Assembly: GCA_046861395.1 (NCBI GenBank)
Contig: JBHHUC010000049.1
Span: forward strand, 1-16,705
DNA: 16,705 bases
Reading direction: 5' to 3'
DNA from: Fidelibacterota bacterium
Lineage (GTDB): Bacteria > Fidelibacterota > Marinisomatia > Marinisomatales > JABMOV01
Shown here in pieces: positions 1 through 6,352 of this stretch (position 1 is its first letter; each line of letters begins with the position of its first letter). The notes beneath the pieces are model-generated. The model was not told the origin of the DNA, ran no database searches, and worked only from the letters and a program-made list of their open reading frames with translations. Made by a program: the position numbers and the translations under genes.

Positions 1-332
1 TGTCTTCGGAAAATCTGTGGCTGGATTGTGAAAGTCATGTAGGTGCCTGGCGTGTTGGATTATTCTTCGGTCAGGTCGATAACCTGGGTACAGGTCAAGC
101 ATTGAACGAAAACGAAACGGCTCACCTGATGGCCCGCGGAACCACCATTAAGCGCATTGCACGGTTGGCGCCCCGAGTCTCCTATCTGCAAAACAAGTTC
201 CGGCTGGCATACGAACTGGAAATCACCCGGGCCGATTATTTTTCTAACTTAAATCTCTGGTTTATTCCCTCCGGAGAAAAAACGGATAGAATTAATATTC
301 GGAATCTGATAGCATTTTACTTGTTTTTCTGA
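1..332 (+). CDS. 5'-truncated probable outer-membrane beta-barrel protein (resembles DcaP-like porins of FCB bacteria)
   Basis: The frame of ORF 102..332 stays open back to position 3 (SSENLWLDCESHVGAWRVGLFFGQVDNLG...), so the true start is outside the window. It has alternating amphipathic strands (RLAPRVSY, FRLAYELEITRADY) and ends in ...IAFYLFF with a terminal Phe, typical of a BAM beta-signal. The family call is from memory. Confidence 0.55.
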   Translation, partial: SSENLWLDCESHVGAWRVGLFFGQVDNLGTGQALNENETAHLMARGTTIKRIARLAPRVSYLQNKFRLAYELEITRADYFSNLNLWFIPSGEKTDRINIRNLIAFYLFF

Positions 333-393
333 CGCATCCTGTATCAAAGCAAGGATATATTCCTGTCCTGAAAACAAATAGAATGGATTCATA

Positions 394-3132
394 ATGCGTT
401 TATTCATCATACTATTGACCGTTATCGGTCAGGTATTTTCCCTCACCCGTTCCGCTGAGATGGCCTCTCTCCTGGGGCCCGAAGCGTATATCAAGACTGA
501 TCCCGGCGGAGCCGTACGGATGTTCGCACCGGCCCGGGATAACCAACTGAACCTTTCCCCCCGGCTGTCACCGCACGAAAATGCCAGATCATTATTGCAG
601 CGCCATCCGGAGCTATTCGACCTGGATCGATCCGACGCCATCTTGGAAGTGGAGCAAACCAGGGGAAATAAAACGTATTTAATCTTTCGGCAAATTCTTC
701 ATCAGGTTCCTGTATTTCAGTCAAAAATTGATTTTCGTTTTCAGGACAACGCCAATCTGATGCTGGTTCGCAACCGAACCTTTCCCCTGCCGGAGCTGAA
801 TACAAATCCTTTGATTCCGTCCGGCGTGGCCCTGGATATTGCCAGGCTGGAAACTGATTTTGCACGTGATCGGGGTGACGTGGTCGTTCAAGCACCTCGT
901 TTATATATTTATGCTGCTGAATCCGAAACCTATTCCTATCGCCTGGGCTGGCATCTTAAACTACAGATTCATCACCCTCCTTCCTACGTTGTGAAACGTA
1001 CCGTAAGTTTCTATGAAATATGGATAGATGCCATGACAGGTGAAATGTTTTCCCTTGAAGATCGAACCGAAGAATTAACCATCTCGGGCCGGATCAGCGC
1101 CATGGTGAAAGATGTCCCTTACGGACTGACAACGGAAAGACCCCTGGCAGACATCCGCGTTCAAATCGATGGTGTGGGAGATACTTATAGCGATTTGGAC
1201 GGTTATTATGAACTGGAAGCAGGTACAACACCGCGCTTAGTAACGGTCGACTTTACCGGAAATTACCTGGCTGTAAATACTCAGAATGCGGCCGATGCCG
1301 TGGTTTCGGCCACTGTGACTCCGGGGGATACATTTAATGTTTTGTTTGATGATCTCTCTGCACTACCTTCCGAACGGGATACATATTTTCATGCCAACCT
1401 CATTCATCGCTGGATCACATCCCTGGATAACGATTTCACCGGGGCCGATTACGCCATGCCGGCCACGGTGAATATCGGAAGTGAAGATCCCCTGTGGCCC
1501 TGCAATGCCTACTGGGACGGAACCGGTATTAATATGTTTTCCGCCGGTGGAGGATGCAGCGATACCGGTGAAATGGCTGATGTGATTTATCACGAATATC
1601 AGCATGGTCTGACCCAGTTTGCCTATGCGCCGTTTTCATCTCCCTATGAAAGCGGACTGGGAGAAGGTCTCAGCGATTATGCTGGAATGACACTGCGAAA
1701 TTCACCATGTCTGGGGGACGCCTTTTTCGGTTCACCAGGAGGTTGTCTGCGGCATGGTGAAAATACACGACAATACCCGGGAAATGAATGTAACGGTGAA
1801 GTGCATTGTCTGGGCGAAATATCCATGGGGGCCCTGTGGAAAATGCGGGTCAATCTCATCACCGAGATTGGGGATTCGGCCACTGCAATTGCCCACTCCG
1901 ACACCCTGTTCCGCTGGTCTCTATTCGGACGGCCCTACACCATTCCCGAATTGCTGGATGAAATCCTTATCGCAGATGATGATGACGGTACGTTGCTGAA
2001 TGGGACACCGAATTATTTCCCCATTACGGAGGCCTTTGCCGCACACAATGTCATGCCTTCCATACCAGAATACGGAATCGCTCATACGCCGGTTACCAAC
2101 ATGGAAACCAATACCACACCAACCATCATTGAAGCCATTATCAGCTCCATACATGGGAATATTATTACGTCGGAATTGCATTACACCATTAATTCAGTAA
2201 CTCAAACCGTAGCCATGACGGCGGTGGGAAATGGACGATATCAGGCTGCCATTCCGGTCCAGCCCCCGGGAACCATCGTCCGCTATTATATTACGGCCTC
2301 CGATGAAGTAGGAAATGCCATGATTGCACCGGAAACGGCACCGAACCAACAGTATTTCTTCCTTATCGGTAACCTGGCTTCATTTCCCCTCATTTATACC
2401 GATGATGCCGAAACAGATCAGGGTTGGACTCTGGGCCTGCCTTCCGACTTGGCCTCGACAGGCCTCTGGATTCAGGACGATCCAATCGGAACCTTTGAAG
2501 GTTCCCTACCCGTCCAACCCGGTAATGACCACACGCCGGACGGCATCACCTGTTTCATCACCGGCAATGCCATTTTCAACGGCACCAATGCCGGTGAAAA
2601 CGATGTCGACGGCGGCCAGACCACCCTGGTTTCACCGGTCTACGATTTATCCGGTATCCTTAGCCCAGTCCTGACCTACTGGTACTGGTACAGCAATAAT
2701 CTGGGGGCCAACCCCGGCAGTGATCTCTGGCGCGTAGACATTACCGCCGACGGACAAACCTGGGTTCCCCTGGAAATTACTTCTGAATCGGATACCGCCT
2801 GGGTTTATCGGCAATTCCTGGTTGAAGAATTCATCACTCCGTCGACCACTGTACAGGTACGCTTTATCGCCGAAGATGCCGATCCGGGGTCCCTGGTGGA
2901 AGCCGGTGTGGATGATCTGGAGATTCGCAGCGGTTTGGCATTGGATGTGGAACCGGGCGATATGGATTTTGATTATGAATTGGATCTATTTGATATTCTC
3001 ACCATGACGGATATCATCCTGTCACAGGATGGTCCCAACGGTCTACAGACCTATGTCGGCGATGTCAATGGGGACGGATTATTGAATATTATTGATGTCA
3101 TTACACTCATCAGCCGCGTCATGTATCCCTGA
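394..3132 (+). CDS. Secreted zinc metallopeptidase, M4/M36 (thermolysin/fungalysin-like), with FTP/PepSY-like propeptide, Ig-like and MAM/jelly-roll-like domains and a C-terminal dockerin type I domain
   Basis: Signal peptide (MRLFIILLTVIG...). FTP-like FRQILHQVPVFQS and PepSY-like IWIDAMTGE. Catalytic motifs NAYWDG, HExxH (DVIYHEYQHG, 1591-1605), third zinc ligand in GLGEGLSD, and GEVH..GEI..ALW. Duplicated Ca-binding loops GDMDFDYELDLFD and GDVNGDGLLNIID (2953-3129). Confidence 0.85.
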   Translation: MRLFIILLTVIGQVFSLTRSAEMASLLGPEAYIKTDPGGAVRMFAPARDNQLNLSPRLSPHENARSLLQRHPELFDLDRSDAILEVEQTRGNKTYLIFRQILHQVPVFQSKIDFRFQDNANLMLVRNRTFPLPELNTNPLIPSGVALDIARLETDFARDRGDVVVQAPRLYIYAAESETYSYRLGWHLKLQIHHPPSYVVKRTVSFYEIWIDAMTGEMFSLEDRTEELTISGRISAMVKDVPYGLTTERPLADIRVQIDGVGDTYSDLDGYYELEAGTTPRLVTVDFTGNYLAVNTQNAADAVVSATVTPGDTFNVLFDDLSALPSERDTYFHANLIHRWITSLDNDFTGADYAMPATVNIGSEDPLWPCNAYWDGTGINMFSAGGGCSDTGEMADVIYHEYQHGLTQFAYAPFSSPYESGLGEGLSDYAGMTLRNSPCLGDAFFGSPGGCLRHGENTRQYPGNECNGEVHCLGEISMGALWKMRVNLITEIGDSATAIAHSDTLFRWSLFGRPYTIPELLDEILIADDDDGTLLNGTPNYFPITEAFAAHNVMPSIPEYGIAHTPVTNMETNTTPTIIEAIISSIHGNIITSELHYTINSVTQTVAMTAVGNGRYQAAIPVQPPGTIVRYYITASDEVGNAMIAPETAPNQQYFFLIGNLASFPLIYTDDAETDQGWTLGLPSDLASTGLWIQDDPIGTFEGSLPVQPGNDHTPDGITCFITGNAIFNGTNAGENDVDGGQTTLVSPVYDLSGILSPVLTYWYWYSNNLGANPGSDLWRVDITADGQTWVPLEITSESDTAWVYRQFLVEEFITPSTTVQVRFIAEDADPGSLVEAGVDDLEIRSGLALDVEPGDMDFDYELDLFDILTMTDIILSQDGPNGLQTYVGDVNGDGLLNIIDVITLISRVMYP

Positions 3133-3378
3133 TCATTTTCCAAGAGCGTTTGCCTTCCTGCCACTTTGGACCGCTATCAACTTCTCATCGTATTTCATCG
3201 TTTCGGAACAATGCGAACTGGACAATCATCCAGTGGCGGACCAATCCAAGACAGGATGGAGCGTTTATAGATATGTCCTACGACCCGCAGATCGTTCCCG
3301 GTGACGATCTCATTGTGATTAAATACCCGATACCTTGGACGAGCATTGGCTGGGACACAGCTGGTCCCTTACCCGGGA

Positions 3379-4584
3379 TTAATACAGGAATTGCTGTATA
3401 TCATAAACCGACACCTTGACACGAGGAGGCAATACTCGTTTGAATCCTGTCCTGAGCCAATGCGCCTGGGAACGGGTCTTTGCCGGTGACAGGGAAGTAA
3501 TTCCTTCCTTGTCGCATTGTTCCTGATATTCGGGATTGGTGTCGTAATATTCCGATACGTATACGATATCATGATTATCGATGGGCAGATCCCGAACCAA
3601 CCGGATGGATGATTTAACATGGTCCGTGGCAAATTTGTCACCACCGATTCCTGCCAGAAAGATCAATCCCACGCTCACTCCGCCCTGTTTGATCGCATGA
3701 ATCAGCCAATGCAGGTGATTGTCCAACTGCGGTTTTTTCAAGAAACGTAACAGGTCTTCACTGCCCGTTTCAATGCCGATATATACCCGACGCAACCCCC
3801 GCTGATGTAATACACGGAAATCATCGGCTGTTTTTTTCACTCCCGTGAATACATCGATAAATGAATATATATTGGGTAAATCGGGAAAGAAGGAATAAAC
3901 CATATCAAAGGCCTCGACCAGACGCTGCTGAGGAATAACCAGAGCGTTGGCATCGCCCAGGAAGATGGAACGCCGGATGGAAATTCCGTCCCCCATGAAT
4001 TCCCGCACAGCCTGGAAATGCCGTTGAATTTCCGGCGTTGTTTTAATGTGAAATTTTCGGTCACGATAGAAATTGCAGAAAGTACATTGGTTATAATTAC
4101 ACCCTTCCGTGATTTGCAAAACAAGCGCCAGGTACTGGTCCGGCGGTAGAATGGAAATAGGTTTATAAATTGCACGAAACAGGGTCTGCTGTTCTTCCAG
4201 ACGGGACATGGTCCAGTGTAAAATTTTCTCTGCCACCGGTTGAAATTCTTCCGGCAGCTGGGACTTCCATTCCTTCAAATAGGCATGTCCGCGTTCCAGA
4301 TATGGTTCCGCCTCCTCCAGCGTAATCTTCGTCACACTGCGGAATACTTCCAGACCGATTAATTGTCGTGATTTCAGCATGAACTGATTATCCAGGGTTC
4401 GACGTATGCTTTTCCCGTCCACATAAAATCCGGTGGGACGTCCCTCCAGGTCGAAGGTCCAGATTTCTTCATTGGGATTGACAAAAATATTAAATGCATT
4501 CCGTTTCCGAGAAAATGAAATGCTGCCATTCTCCTCAAAGGGGAATTGAATCAAATTGCCTTGTTGTAGTTGTCGTTCAAACAT
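3379..4584 (-). CDS. Radical SAM protein of unknown function with an N-terminal extension
   Basis: LQITEGCNYNQCTFC is a Cx4Cx2C variant of the Fe-S motif (4075-4101). Radical SAM barrel motifs IFLGDANAL and GLRRVYIGIETGS. The start overlaps the HAD gene stop by 8 nt. Confidence 0.85.
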   Translation of the reverse strand: MFERQLQQGNLIQFPFEENGSISFSRKRNAFNIFVNPNEEIWTFDLEGRPTGFYVDGKSIRRTLDNQFMLKSRQLIGLEVFRSVTKITLEEAEPYLERGHAYLKEWKSQLPEEFQPVAEKILHWTMSRLEEQQTLFRAIYKPISILPPDQYLALVLQITEGCNYNQCTFCNFYRDRKFHIKTTPEIQRHFQAVREFMGDGISIRRSIFLGDANALVIPQQRLVEAFDMVYSFFPDLPNIYSFIDVFTGVKKTADDFRVLHQRGLRRVYIGIETGSEDLLRFLKKPQLDNHLHWLIHAIKQGGVSVGLIFLAGIGGDKFATDHVKSSIRLVRDLPIDNHDIVYVSEYYDTNPEYQEQCDKEGITSLSPAKTRSQAHWLRTGFKRVLPPRVKVSVYDIQQFLY

Positions 4585-5239
4585 GGTTTTTCTGAATAAA
4601 GGTTATGATTTCCCAGGGATGATCCAAAATATGGCCGGCCCCGGAAGTTTCCAGTTCCGTGCGAGATTTAAAACCCCAGGTAACACCCAGTGATTGTGCC
4701 CCGGCCCCACGGGCCGTTTCCACATCCACGGCTGAGTCACCGATCATGAGTATTTCCTGGGTCGGGATGTGAAAATGATCTGAAATGATTTCTAATCCGG
4801 TAGGATCCGGTTTAGCCGGAACTGTTTCCGACGGGCCCATGGCCAGGACAAAATTCCAATCTTTGAAATAGATCTCCAAAGTCCGTTCCGCCAAGGCCAG
4901 AGGCTTATTGGTGAAAATGGCCAAAGGCAAAGCCCTGTCATCCAGCCAGGTAAGTAAGTCGGCAATGCCGGGAAAGAGTCGGGTTCCCTCCTGCCAGGTG
5001 TCCAGGTAGGATATCTTCATTTCATTGCCGATTCGGATTTTTTCTTCATGAGTAACGTGTGGTAAACAGGCATCCATCAGGTGAGGTAAGCCCCATCCCA
5101 CCTCGCGCAGAAAAAATGCTTTCGATCGGGCAGCGAAGCCTCTTCTTTCCAGGACGGTATTGAAGGCGGACATAATTCCATCGATGGTATCCAATAAGGT
5201 CCCATCCAGATCGAAAACGATACCTTTAATCGCTGCCAT
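4577..5239 (-). CDS. HAD-superfamily hydrolase, subfamily IA (phosphoglycolate phosphatase-like)
   Basis: Motif I FDLDGTLLD, motif II FTNK, motif III KPDP and motif IV IGDSAVD. 220 aa. Confidence 0.9.
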   Translation of the reverse strand: MAAIKGIVFDLDGTLLDTIDGIMSAFNTVLERRGFAARSKAFFLREVGWGLPHLMDACLPHVTHEEKIRIGNEMKISYLDTWQEGTRLFPGIADLLTWLDDRALPLAIFTNKPLALAERTLEIYFKDWNFVLAMGPSETVPAKPDPTGLEIISDHFHIPTQEILMIGDSAVDVETARGAGAQSLGVTWGFKSRTELETSGAGHILDHPWEIITFIQKNHV

Positions 5240-6044
5240 GACGCAGTTCTTTCACCGTTTGCGTAAATGCTTTCAGGCGCTCTTCATCCAGGTCATTGGA
5301 CCATAAACCATCCTGCTTCAGATCAGATCCCACAATAAACCCATCGGCCACCGGCCAGAAGTCCGCCAGATTATCGGCCGTAATACCTGACCCCAGAAAG
5401 ACAGGCAAACGAGTGGCCCCTTTCACGCGGGTAATTTCATGTATCTGTGGCGCCTCTCCGGTGGTGGAACCGGTGATAATGAGTCCGTCACTGGAAAAGA
5501 ATTCAGCCGCTTTCGCGTGAGCCACCAGATCCAGATCACCAGTGACGGCGTGTGCGCTATGCTTTTTTTGAATATCAGTGAAAATGCGAATGTTACTGGC
5601 CGCGATCCGAGTACGATAACGCAAAAGGGGGCCGGCATCGGCATTCATGAAACCTTCATCGGCCACATGACTGTAAACGAATCCTTCGGCTCGGATAAAA
5701 TCCAGGCCTGCGGCCTGGGCTACCGCCAGGGCAGCCTGATTAGCTCCTGCCAGAATCTGTATGCCGCACGGTTGATGAATCTTTTCCCGAACGGCTCGGG
5801 ATATGATTGTCATGGCAGCAATGATTTCCGGCCCCACTTCCCGTTTCAGGTAAGGTCGGTCGTGCATGTTTTCCAGAATGATACCGTCAAAACCATATCT
5901 GACCAGGGTAGCCGCCTCCGTGAGAGCAATATCGCATATTTCAGGAACCGTCAATTCTGAGTCGGGTGTTCCCGGTAAGGCACGAACATGAACCATTCCA
6001 ATAACAGGCGTATGCCTAATAGTATGTAAAAATGAATGACGCAT
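5226..6044 (-). CDS. BtpA/SgcQ family protein (predicted TIM barrel)
   Basis: Family motifs IGMVHVRALPGTP, GIILENMHDRPY, DIQKKHS, DGLIITGSTTG, GSGIT and ADGFIVGS. The start is placed at ATG 6044 (MRHSF...; GGTGA upstream) rather than 6110, because family similarity begins about 13 residues after it. Confidence 0.9.
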   Translation of the reverse strand: MRHSFLHTIRHTPVIGMVHVRALPGTPDSELTVPEICDIALTEAATLVRYGFDGIILENMHDRPYLKREVGPEIIAAMTIISRAVREKIHQPCGIQILAGANQAALAVAQAAGLDFIRAEGFVYSHVADEGFMNADAGPLLRYRTRIAASNIRIFTDIQKKHSAHAVTGDLDLVAHAKAAEFFSSDGLIITGSTTGEAPQIHEITRVKGATRLPVFLGSGITADNLADFWPVADGFIVGSDLKQDGLWSNDLDEERLKAFTQTVKELRHGSD

Positions 6045-6150
6045 TTGAATAATTTCACCAGTGTTAATACGGTGTAAATTTGGAAAATAAATCGGAAAAT
6101 TCATAGACACATTTTATTGGATTCGATATTTATAATAAAGAGATTTCCAT

Positions 6151-6170
6151 TGTGGATAACTTGTGGATAA
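6151..6170 (-). promoter_or_regulatory. Two tandem perfect DnaA boxes (TTATCCACA on the minus strand)
   Basis: TGTGGATAA at 6151-6159 and 6162-6170, separated by 2 bp, in the AT-rich divergent btpA/nrdJ intergenic region. Confidence 0.75.
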
Positions 6171-6224
6171 CTAATGATAGTATAATTTTTCTCGTCGAAT
6201 ATGCAGTTTTTTTGTAAATACCAT

Positions 6225-6253
6225 TTGATTGATTTCTCAAGTCGTTATAGATT
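6225..6253 (+). promoter_or_regulatory. Putative sigma70-type promoter of nrdJ
   Basis: TTGATT (6225-6230), 17-bp spacer, TAGATT (6248-6253), about 100 bp upstream of the nrdJ ATG. RBS-like AGGA at 6341-6344. Confidence 0.45.
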
Positions 6254-6352
6254 TTCCCTGCCAACCAAGCGATAATTCGCTAAATCACTTGCCAACCTCA
6301 ATTATTTGACAACATACACACCTACGAAATCCATATACCAAGGAAATATTGC

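Noticed and set aside
3127..3304. CCC-TGA at the peptidase stop as a +1 frameshift or Sec readthrough site, with an open +1 frame to 3304
   Set aside because: The protein ends naturally right after the second dockerin helix, the extension resembles no domain I recognise, and there is no SECIS-like hairpin at the expected distance.
5439..5960. 173-aa + strand ORF and other alternative-frame ORFs (e.g. 491-895, 10575-10958, 14671-15129)
   Set aside because: These are antisense or off-frame shadows of well-supported genes, with no recognisable motifs.
6045..6110. Longer BtpA start given by the ORF track
   Set aside because: The extension is AT-rich, promoter-like sequence outside the family domain; ATG 6044 fits better.
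6110..6190. oriC call for the DnaA-box region
   Set aside because: There are only two boxes, DnaA-trio-like repeats are weak, dnaA and dnaN are not nearby, and the ribosomal operon would be head-on to a fork starting here. It is kept only as an alternative in the finding.
6181..6352. Cobalamin riboswitch or NrdR boxes upstream of nrdJ
   Set aside because: No B12-box core motifs and no NrdR palindrome match by eye.
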